Part shown: positions 7,415 through 13,814 of the stretch, piece after piece | How positions within the stretch are numbered: position 1 is the stretch's first letter | How the letters are laid out: the number at the start of each line of letters is the position of its first letter | From: a virus | Taxonomy: Duplodnaviria; Caudoviricetes | IMG/VR virus record: IMGVR_UViG_3300040985_001053 | Location: 1-35,678 of that record | Reading direction: 5' to 3' (one strand) | DNA: 35,678 nucleotides | Program-made: the position numbers and the translations under genes | The notes under the pieces: generated by a model | The model's database searches: none | The model's input: the letters and a program-made list of their open reading frames with translations, nothing else | Told to the model about the DNA's origin: nothing

Positions 7415-8166
7415 ATTGCACCACCCATGTCGTAATAATCAGATGTGTTTTTGTTAAGCTCTATAAATTCCTCGGTCTTACTGGTGTTCCTGAATATCAA
7501 TTCAATTGAGTTATATTTTTTCTTATCGTCGTTAATGCCCATGTGATACCCAGAAGACTTACAACCATCAACAGCCTTTTTTAAGTCCCCTACCGTGAAC
7601 CCATCTTTCAAACGTGACTTGATCTTATTCATCTTATCTTTTGACTTGATTGATCGGGTTTTATCCATCTTGGTTTTCCAGTAATCAAATACAATATCTG
7701 CGTCTTTAGGCGCACAAGTATGTTTATTGTTAGTTGTTAGTTGATAGTTGTTAGTTGATAGGCTTTTTTTGGGTTTTATATTTAACCCATAATCAGAATT
7801 GGGTTTATTAATTAACCCATCGGGTTTATCTGCTAACCCATTGGGTTTTCCTTTGGGTCTACCTCCCCTTCTTCCGTTCTCTGCTTGTTGAGCGCAATGA
7901 GCATGATAGCTTTCTATTCCCTCAGCTATTCTGTTTTGAGAAAAAACCCCGTTATCATCAATAAAGAATTTTCGTAAAATGAAATCAACAGCCTCTATTT
8001 CTTCCTTGCTTGATGCCCAAACCCAATCAATAGCCTCCTCTCTAGTGGGGAATCTTTCACGGTCATAACAAGCATCAATTAGCAGGTTATAAACACCATG
8101 CTGGAGAATAGATAATCGACCAGCTTTCTTGTAATAATCACCTAATTCTTTTTTGTAATAGAGCAT
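7411..8166 (-). CDS. Replication initiator, YdaU/DUF1376-type N-terminal domain
   Basis: MLYYKKELGDY...LSILQHGVYNLLIDACY, NGRRGGRPK, low-complexity linker with DNA repeats, C-terminal VFDYW...IKSRLKDGFT.GDLK.AVDG; upstream of the helicase. Confidence 0.85.
   Translation of the reverse strand: MLYYKKELGDYYKKAGRLSILQHGVYNLLIDACYDRERFPTREEAIDWVWASSKEEIEAVDFILRKFFIDDNGVFSQNRIAEGIESYHAHCAQQAENGRRGGRPKGKPNGLADKPDGLINKPNSDYGLNIKPKKSLSTNNYQLTTNNKHTCAPKDADIVFDYWKTKMDKTRSIKSKDKMNKIKSRLKDGFTVGDLKKAVDGCKSSGYHMGINDDKKKYNSIELIFRNTSKTEEFIELNKNTSDYYDMGGAI
7727..7860. repeat. Putative replication origin inside the initiator gene
   Basis: Five tandem heptamers TTG(T/A)TAG at 7727-7761, a T-run, then AACCCAT at 7784, 7814 and 7835, each followed by GGGTTT (semi-palindromic iterons). 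This is a lambda ori-like arrangement. Confidence 0.75.
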
Positions 8167-8170
8167 TACT

Positions 8171-8542
8171 CTACCCCCTACTCAGTAGCTTTAATTTAGC
8201 CTTAATCACCACCTTCTTATCTGCTTCGCTGATTTTCTTTCCCTCAGATATGGTGGACTCGGCTATCTTTACTACCGTCTCTTCAAAGTGATCGCGCTCA
8301 CGCCGCCTAACTGTTTTAGAATAGTTTGGGTCTGGTGGATAAAGGTCAGGCCATTGAAGCCCTACAGCGTTTATAACGTCTAACGGGCTACACCCCGCAA
8401 AGCAATGGATAAGTATATTTGTGCCTGTATCGGTGACGGTCAGGCTTGGCGATCTGTCCTGGTGTGCAGGGCAACAGGCTTTATAGCGCCCATCTCCTAC
8501 CTGCTTACAGTGTTCTAGCCGTGATATGAAATTCTCTAACAA
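8171..8542 (-). CDS. Stand-alone CHC2 zinc-binding (primase ZBD-like) protein
   Basis: YKACCPAHQDRSPSL...LIHCFAGC. Start reassigned to TTG at 8542 because AAAGGAGG lies just upstream; no TOPRIM domain is present. Confidence 0.8.
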   Translation of the reverse strand: MLENFISRLEHCKQVGDGRYKACCPAHQDRSPSLTVTDTGTNILIHCFAGCSPLDVINAVGLQWPDLYPPDPNYSKTVRRRERDHFEETVVKIAESTISEGKKISEADKKVVIKAKLKLLSRG

Positions 8543-8559
8543 ACCTAACCTCCTTTGAA

Positions 8560-8621
8560 AGCGACCCCGCTGAAACTGCCGGACGGGTCGATCTCGATGA
8601 TCTGGACGGCACGGGGCCGCT
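8560..8621 (-). promoter_or_regulatory. GC-rich structured leader upstream of the replication genes
   Basis: AGCGGCCCCG/CGGGGUCGCU outer stem, UGCCG/CGGCA middle stem and GAUC/GAUC inner hairpin, ending a few nt before the SD. Confidence 0.5.
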
Positions 8622-8624
8622 ATC

Positions 8625-8647
8625 AAAAAAGGCTAAGTTTCTAGCCC
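8625..8647 (-). terminator. Intrinsic terminator candidate
   Basis: GGCUA-GAAACU-UAGCC followed by UUUUUU on the minus strand. Confidence 0.55.
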
Positions 8648-8678
8648 GTCTATTGTTTCGGTTTCAGCCGAATTGTTT

Positions 8679-8699
8679 AAAACAGGGGCTTTCACCCCC
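8679..8699 (-). terminator. Intrinsic terminator candidate
   Basis: GGGGGU-GAAA-GCCCCU-GUUUU on the minus strand, downstream of ORF 8795..9088. Confidence 0.55.
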
Positions 8700-8794
8700 A
8701 ACGCTCTAAACACAAATCTATTAAATACTAATTACTTCTTTATGTCTAATCGGAAAAAACGATTAACCTCTTCATTCTCTCTCTGTTAATGGGG

Positions 8795-9088
8795 TTAGCT
8801 GTATTCAGCTTTGATTTTGTCTAGCGGCACATAAACAGGGTTCTCTCTCTCGTTCGGAGATACCAAAGCCACTTTGAAATGTTCTCTCGGTGTATATCTA
8901 TTTCCTTCATCACTGAACCACTCCATATCGCCGTTTGAGAGAGTTCTGTACCCTAGTAAGAGGCCAGTGAATTTATAGTCATCACTAGCGTTATTAACCC
9001 AAATTTTCTTGTTGGGTGATTGGTAGGTTCGCCTCATTATTCCAGTGGCTACCACCTTCTGTCCGTATGGTATCTTGTCCATAATCAT
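8795..9088 (-). CDS. Hypothetical protein
   Basis: 97-aa ORF with ATGA coupling to the upstream ORF and GGAGAGG SD. Confidence 0.65.
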   Translation of the reverse strand: MIMDKIPYGQKVVATGIMRRTYQSPNKKIWVNNASDDYKFTGLLLGYRTLSNGDMEWFSDEGNRYTPREHFKVALVSPNERENPVYVPLDKIKAEYS

Positions 9089-9288
9089 CCTCTCCTGTAT
9101 TCGCCCAACATGCCGTTCTTAGCCTCTTCCCATGCTGTAGAAGTCATTGGTCTAGTACAGTCCTCTTGCTTGGCATACATGATCTTTCTAGCATAATCAC
9201 CAAAGCCTTCATCCTGGAGCCTTGTAGTAGTGAACCCTAGAGCGCACTTTCTTCCATCTCTGGCGTAACATCCTTGGCATCTTTTCAT
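9085..9288 (-). CDS. Small Cys-rich hypothetical protein (start reassigned to 9288)
   Basis: MKRCQGCYA...KCALGF...C; ATGA overlap with the upstream 38-aa ORF. Confidence 0.6.
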   Translation of the reverse strand: MKRCQGCYARDGRKCALGFTTTRLQDEGFGDYARKIMYAKQEDCTRPMTSTAWEEAKNGMLGEYRRG

Positions 9289-9401
9289 AACGACATACTC
9301 GCAACCAGCAATACCCAAAAGCAAAAGAGGGTGATAGGTAGGAATACTGCTACTTGGACTATCTCAGCTAGTTTGATTTCTCCAAAGGTCTTAGTTTTCA
9401 T
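9285..9401 (-). CDS. Small membrane peptide (38 aa)
   Basis: Manual translation MKTKTFGEIKLAEIVQVAVFLPITLFCFWVLLVASMSL*; GGAG SD upstream; ATGA overlap downstream. Confidence 0.6.
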   Translation of the reverse strand: MKTKTFGEIKLAEIVQVAVFLPITLFCFWVLLVASMSL

Positions 9402-9421
9402 GTTGTTCTCCGTGTATAGGG

Positions 9422-9838
9422 TTACAGATAGCTTTCTTTTTTTACTTCTTCGCCTATCTTGAATTCAAAGCCGTGTCCGTAATATCCGTTATGAGAGTTA
9501 AATAAATAAAGGAACGCCTCTTTGCCGTCAGGATTGGTAAGTCTAAAAGCAACAGCGCCTCCCTTGTCAAGGTCGGGCCACCTGCTGTCATCCCCAACAG
9601 ATAAATCCCTTTCTTCGCAAAAAGTCGGGTCAAAGGTATAATGTTCTATGCCTTCAAAGTCCCTATTCTCAAGGGCTTCACGGTCTGGCATCTTGTTGTG
9701 GTCTGTCTCGCTGATAAACCAGCTTGCATGTTCGCAGCAGTTTTGCCCCATGTCGTAGCCAACAAAGGCGTTTTCACTATCAACAAAATTTACCTTTTCA
9801 TTCCAGCTATATTCAGCCTTATCATCAAATATTCTAAT
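9422..9838 (-). CDS. Conserved-looking phage hypothetical (CCE...HNGYYGH); probable ATT start at 9838, first ATG at 9751
   Basis: Frame is open upstream of 9751 (IRIFDDKAEYSWNEKVNFVDSENAFVGYD); GGGAG SD lies 7 nt before ATT. Confidence 0.7.
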   Translation of the reverse strand: MRIFDDKAEYSWNEKVNFVDSENAFVGYDMGQNCCEHASWFISETDHNKMPDREALENRDFEGIEHYTFDPTFCEERDLSVGDDSRWPDLDKGGAVAFRLTNPDGKEAFLYLFNSHNGYYGHGFEFKIGEEVKKESYL

Positions 9839-9849
9839 CCTCTCTCTCC

Positions 9850-10056
9850 CTAGTCTGCTAGTGTCATTAATTCGTCAAAAGTCATATCGCAATGTCCGGC
9901 GATCTTTCCAAGGGTCTCAATAGAGAAACACCCTCTTTCGCGCCACCTAGATATAGTCGTTTCTGTAACCTCCATTTTTTGAGCCAGCTTCTTACCGCTA
10001 ATTCCTTTCTTAGCCATCGCAAGCCGAATACATGCTGCCAAATTGTCACTTTTCAC
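9850..10056 (-). CDS. Cro/CI-type (XRE) HTH regulator
   Basis: IRLAMAKKGISGKKLAQKMEVTETTISRW...SIETLGKIA; first gene of the leftward arm. Confidence 0.88.
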   Translation of the reverse strand: MKSDNLAACIRLAMAKKGISGKKLAQKMEVTETTISRWRERGCFSIETLGKIAGHCDMTFDELMTLAD

Positions 10057-10095
10057 TATTCTTCCCCTTTTTACTATTTAACTTCAATGGAGACC

Positions 10096-10123
10096 ATTTT
10101 ACACTGACGCGGGGAGAATGCAA
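10096..10123 (-). promoter_or_regulatory. Sigma70-like leftward promoter
   Basis: TTGCAT-16 nt-TAAAAT on the minus strand, upstream of the HTH gene. Confidence 0.55.
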
Positions 10124-10131
10124 ATTAAATG

Positions 10132-10159
10132 TTGAATTAATCCTATGGTCGTGTATATT
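10132..10159 (+). promoter_or_regulatory. Sigma70-like rightward promoter
   Basis: TTGAAT-16 nt-TATATT upstream of the rightward gene cluster. Confidence 0.55.
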
Positions 10160-10184
10160 GGAACCATAACAACAGCGAACCGGA

Positions 10185-10478
10185 GTGAAAGAAATGAGTG
10201 AGACAGACCAAGAAATCGAGCAGAACTATAAAGACGAAGAGATTAAGAATGCCGTCCTTGATTGCATCGGAATTAATGATGAGACAAGCCTAGAGGCTTT
10301 CGGCAACGAGGCTACGGTTAATAACTCTCATGAGCTTCATGGTGGGCTTAAAGCCTTATTGATAGCCGCTATAGCCAATAAAGGCTCACCAGAGCAGAGA
10401 GGGCATGATAGAGCGTTAGGGGAGATGGTTAGAGAGTTAGGTTATGAATACATTAAAGAATCATTGGAGAACAGCTAA
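10185..10478 (+). CDS. Hypothetical protein
   Basis: First ORF of the rightward arm (start 10185 or 10194); TAATG coupling to the next ORF. Confidence 0.65.
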   Translation: MKEMSETDQEIEQNYKDEEIKNAVLDCIGINDETSLEAFGNEATVNNSHELHGGLKALLIAAIANKGSPEQRGHDRALGEMVRELGYEYIKESLENS

Positions 10479-10663
10479 TGTTAAAGAAGATAAGCATCTT
10501 AACCATTATTTCTCAGCACCGAAAGCACAAGAACATCTTTATCGACTCAGTGAACGCTGGCAATCCAGATGAAGAGAGGATGGTGCGAGAGGTCATAGAA
10601 GAGAGGCAGGACATTATCCTTGATGAATTTACTACCGATAGATATGTGGAGATAGACAAATGA
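10478..10663 (+). CDS. Hypothetical protein
   Basis: GGAG SD; overlaps with neighbouring ORFs at both ends. Confidence 0.55.
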   Translation: MLKKISILTIISQHRKHKNIFIDSVNAGNPDEERMVREVIEERQDIILDEFTTDRYVEIDK

Positions 10664-10893
10664 ATAATGCAGATATGCCAGCAAGCCCAATGACAAACTC
10701 GGAAGGATTCTCTGGAAATCCTAAAAGTGTGGGATGCGGAGGGGGATGGACTAGCGGCCTCACCAAACGCGAACACTTCGCAGCTATGGCAATGCAGGGG
10801 TTTTTAGCCAACTATGCCTCAACCCATTTCGAGAACTGCGCCGAACACGCTGTAAAGCAAGCAGACGCACTACTAGAGGAGTTAGACAAATGA
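10660..10893 (+). CDS. Conserved small phage protein (GLTKRE.FAA.AMQG family)
   Basis: GLTKREHFAAMAMQG...AVKQADALLEEL is a widespread phage hypothetical motif. Confidence 0.75.
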   Translation: MNNADMPASPMTNSEGFSGNPKSVGCGGGWTSGLTKREHFAAMAMQGFLANYASTHFENCAEHAVKQADALLEELDK

Positions 10894-11147
10894 ATACAGT
10901 ACCTTTCAGATCAAAACACCATTCAGACAGAATAGCAGCAAGCCTTATAGAGAAATCGGCTGATTTTGCTCAACTAGAGATTAGTTATAAGAAAGAACAG
11001 GCTCAGAGAAAAGCTGAGAGAGATTGGCAGGATGGAGACCCTGATAACACTTATGAAAAGGGCTCTATTCAATACAATGCGTACCAGGATAAGTGGGTGG
11101 ATATGTACCTACAGGGCTTCGCGTCAGAGCAAGGAGTAGGGGAATGA
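10890..11147 (+). CDS. Hypothetical protein
   Basis: GAGGAG SD; ATGA overlaps at both ends. Confidence 0.65.
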   Translation: MNTVPFRSKHHSDRIAASLIEKSADFAQLEISYKKEQAQRKAERDWQDGDPDNTYEKGSIQYNAYQDKWVDMYLQGFASEQGVGE

Positions 11148-11743
11148 AGGATATTCAAGCTGAATTAAAAGCACCAAAGAACCAGTACAACAATTTTGGC
11201 AAATACAACTATCGAAGCTGTGAGGACATAGTTGAGGCGGCCAAGCCATTACTGGCTGAAAGAGGTTTTCATCTAAACCTATCGGATGAAATGGTAGAGG
11301 TCGGGGGAAGGGTTTATGTCAAAGCTACTGCCAGCGTTAAAGACGGTGAAAAGGTCGTCGATTATGCTCATGGATGGGCTAGAGAGACAGAAACCAAGAA
11401 GGGCATGGATGAGGCTCAGATAACAGGAGCGGCTTCCTCCTACGCTCGTAAATACGCCTTAAACGGGTTATTTGCTATTGATGATACCAAGGATGCGGAT
11501 ACTCAGGACAATAGCCAGCACCGCGCCCGTTCTGATGGAGAATATATTTCTTCTCCAAGCTCAACACCTTCGGACGATGATAAGCCTTGGTTCAATGATG
11601 ACGATCTTGACGGTATGAGGGCTAAATTTCTGGCCGCGATACAAAGCGGAGAGAGAACTCAGCAAGAGATTGTTAAGAACCTGAGAAATACCTTTAAGGT
11701 ATCCAAGAAAATGGCAGCAGAAATCGAGGAGTTAGGACAATGA
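11144..11743 (+). CDS. erf: ERF-family single-strand annealing recombinase
   Basis: IQAELKAPKNQYNNFGKYNYRSCEDI, GMDEAQITGAASSYARKYALNGLFAIDD.KDAD; start set to ATG 11144 (AGGAG SD, ATGA overlap). Confidence 0.92.
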   Translation: MKDIQAELKAPKNQYNNFGKYNYRSCEDIVEAAKPLLAERGFHLNLSDEMVEVGGRVYVKATASVKDGEKVVDYAHGWARETETKKGMDEAQITGAASSYARKYALNGLFAIDDTKDADTQDNSQHRARSDGEYISSPSSTPSDDDKPWFNDDDLDGMRAKFLAAIQSGERTQQEIVKNLRNTFKVSKKMAAEIEELGQ

Positions 11744-12249
11744 GTACACTATATCAACTATCAGAAGAAGCTCACGGCGCAATGGTTAATATGAAGGCCA
11801 TGCTTGACAGAGAGGATATAGACGAATCCACCTATGAGGACACTATGGAAGCCCTCACGGGCGAATTGACGGATAAGGTTGTCAATGTAGGTCTGCACAT
11901 TAAAAACCTCAGATCGGACGCTCAGGGGCTTAAAGACGCTATATCAGAGTTTCAAAAGAGACTTAAAAGCATTCAGTCTAATATTGATTTCTATGAGCAT
12001 TATCTGTTTAAGCATATGGAGGCTAATAATATTGATAAGGCTGGGAATGAATACATAGATATTAAGTTTAAGAAGTTGCCACCCGCAGCAGCCATAAACA
12101 CCTATGCCGTAATTCCAGATAAGTATTCACGGATAGTTCCAGAGAGTTCAGCGCCGGATAAAAAGAAGATTCTCGATGCCTTGAAAGCTGGCGAGGAATT
12201 AGACTTTGCCGAGTTGATTACAGGCAGAACCGCGTTATCAATCAAATAG
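11740..12249 (+). CDS. Siphovirus Gp157-family protein
   Basis: TLYQLS N-terminus, coiled coil IKNL.SDA.GLK.AI...QKR, C-terminal IPDKY...PDKKKILDALKAGE; adjacent to ERF. Confidence 0.85.
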   Translation: MSTLYQLSEEAHGAMVNMKAMLDREDIDESTYEDTMEALTGELTDKVVNVGLHIKNLRSDAQGLKDAISEFQKRLKSIQSNIDFYEHYLFKHMEANNIDKAGNEYIDIKFKKLPPAAAINTYAVIPDKYSRIVPESSAPDKKKILDALKAGEELDFAELITGRTALSIK

Positions 12250-12258
12250 GGGAAGATA

Positions 12259-12639
12259 ATGGATGACTTATTCGGCAATACAACTCGCCAGGACGAAATG
12301 CGGGAACAGGTTAAGGAGTTTCACAAGGCGCACCCAGAGGTTTGGGAGTTGTTTAAGAAATTTACCTTTGAAATGATCGGCAAAGGATTTAAGCATTACG
12401 GCGCACAGCATGGAATCTTCTCTCGAATCAGATGGGAAATAGATGCTGGAGGTGACGGTAGTGGGGAATTCAAGATCAACAATAATTACTCTGCTTTCTA
12501 TGCGCGAAGGTTTATGAAAACTTATCCTGAGCATGATGGGTTTTTCCGCACTCGCAAACAAACCTCTGGAGAGGTAGCAGCCACTCATCTACCAGAGCTT
12601 ACGCCTTCACATTTTGAGCCGAGAGAGGCAACGTCATGA
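12259..12639 (+). CDS. Conserved phage hypothetical protein
   Basis: FHKAHPEVWELF...G.KHYGA..I.SRIRW...FKINNNYSAFYAR...GFF.TR. Confidence 0.7.
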   Translation: MDDLFGNTTRQDEMREQVKEFHKAHPEVWELFKKFTFEMIGKGFKHYGAQHGIFSRIRWEIDAGGDGSGEFKINNNYSAFYARRFMKTYPEHDGFFRTRKQTSGEVAATHLPELTPSHFEPREATS

Positions 12640-12899
12640 GATATGGATTCCTTCCTTGTGGTAATTGTAAGCAAGATCGAGCGGCTATAAAGTTCACCCG
12701 CGCACACCCTGCCACCTGCTGTGATTGTGTTAAGCAACCTGATAAAACGTGCCGGATGTGCGGGGAGGTAAAGAACAAGTCAGAATTTAATCGGAAAAAG
12801 CAAAGATGCAAGGTGTGTCAAGAGTTAGTCGAAGGGGTTGACCTGGAGAGATTGGCAAATAATTGTTGGATAATGAACCGAGGGTCTGGAAATGGATAA
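12636..12899 (+). CDS. Zinc-finger protein
   Basis: Four CxxC pairs, including KTCRMCGEVKNKSEF...CKVC. Confidence 0.65.
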   Translation: MRYGFLPCGNCKQDRAAIKFTRAHPATCCDCVKQPDKTCRMCGEVKNKSEFNRKKQRCKVCQELVEGVDLERLANNCWIMNRGSGNG

Positions 12900-13230
12900 A
12901 GAGCAAAATAAAATGTTGATAGTTCTAATAACCGGATTGGCTTTGATTGCGATTCTTTTTTCTCTTCTTGGCGCTAAAGTTGCGAGGAGCAGAATACCCA
13001 TTGAGCCTGTCTCAATTATTGAAGAGATAGAGCCTAAAGTGTTCGACATAACGGGGGTTATCGGTGGAGAAGGCTGTGTGCTTTCAAGAGATACCATCTC
13101 CTACCATCCCAGTACGGATACAACCTCTCTATATGTTGAGTGCGATGGCGATCTGATTGATAACTTTCGGCCAGCGGTGGAGAGCAACAGTAAGTGGTTA
13201 CTAGAAGATGTCGAAGTTAAACCAGGGTAG
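12892..13230 (+). CDS. Membrane-anchored hypothetical protein
   Basis: N-terminal TM helix LIVLITGLALIAILFSLLG; two Cys in the soluble part. Confidence 0.6.
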   Translation: MDKEQNKMLIVLITGLALIAILFSLLGAKVARSRIPIEPVSIIEEIEPKVFDITGVIGGEGCVLSRDTISYHPSTDTTSLYVECDGDLIDNFRPAVESNSKWLLEDVEVKPG

Positions 13231-13262
13231 TTGCCTATGTACCTAACCTACATAACCGAAAC

Positions 13263-13297
13263 CTACAGCATCGAGTTCTTATACTCGGTTGCTGTAG
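13263..13297. terminator. Hairpin between convergent transcription units (probable bidirectional terminator)
   Basis: CTACAGCA-TCGAGT-tcttat-ACTCGG-t-TGCTGTAG, located between stops at 13230 (+) and 13329 (-). Confidence 0.6.
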
Positions 13298-13328
13298 TGT
13301 TGAATCAGCTTAACTTTGGATGAGGTTA

Positions 13329-13802
13329 TTACGCTGGCTCGGTCGGCCATGTAATAGTCTCAGGAAAGCCAGCTTGGTTTGGGATATCTCTCAAATCAGC
13401 CCGGTAAGCCTTCCACGCTACTTTGTCCTTTGGGACATCAGCAAGCTGAGAGTGGTCAGAACTGAGTAAAAGACCGTCCCTCTTCTGCCTAGCACCAACA
13501 GCCAAGCCATCACTAATCTCAGCCAATAGCGCAGCATCCTTAGCGGCCTTTCCTGCGCCTGAGTTTATATCTACCTCTTTCCAGACCTCGGTCAATACTC
13601 CAGAGATTACCTTTGGAGCGGCATGGACAACCTTCTTTAGCTCGGTAGATGGCGCAGGCATTGGCACACCAGTAATCTCATCCCATCCCTTGTCGGCATA
13701 GGTATCAACCTCAGAACTAAACGAGGTAGTTGCCTTAAAAATGGCGTAAACCTCGCCTTGGGACTTTATTTCTCCAGTGGCTCTCTCTCGATAATTACTC
13801 AT
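13329..13802 (-). CDS. Tail fibre assembly chaperone
   Basis: C-terminal RQKRDGLLLSSD.SQLADVP...WKAYRADLRDIPNQAGFPETITWP. Confidence 0.88.
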   Translation of the reverse strand: MSNYRERATGEIKSQGEVYAIFKATTSFSSEVDTYADKGWDEITGVPMPAPSTELKKVVHAAPKVISGVLTEVWKEVDINSGAGKAAKDAALLAEISDGLAVGARQKRDGLLLSSDHSQLADVPKDKVAWKAYRADLRDIPNQAGFPETITWPTEPA

Positions 13803-13814
13803 CTTAACCCTCGC

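Noticed and set aside
8560-8621. Possible tRNA or tRNA-like element
   Set aside because: No T-loop GTTC, no cloverleaf arms and no CCA end; kept only as a structured leader.
8543-8626. N-terminal extension MIAAPCRPDHRD... of the CHC2 ORF
   Set aside because: It crosses a GC-rich RNA stem, and a strong SD supports the TTG at 8542 instead.
8701-8712. boxA-like CGCTCTAAAC
   Set aside because: It is on the plus strand, opposite to the local direction of transcription, and the match is imperfect.
11093-11143. Longer GTG start for erf
   Set aside because: It overlaps the previous gene by 55 nt; ATG 11144 has an SD and an ATGA overlap.
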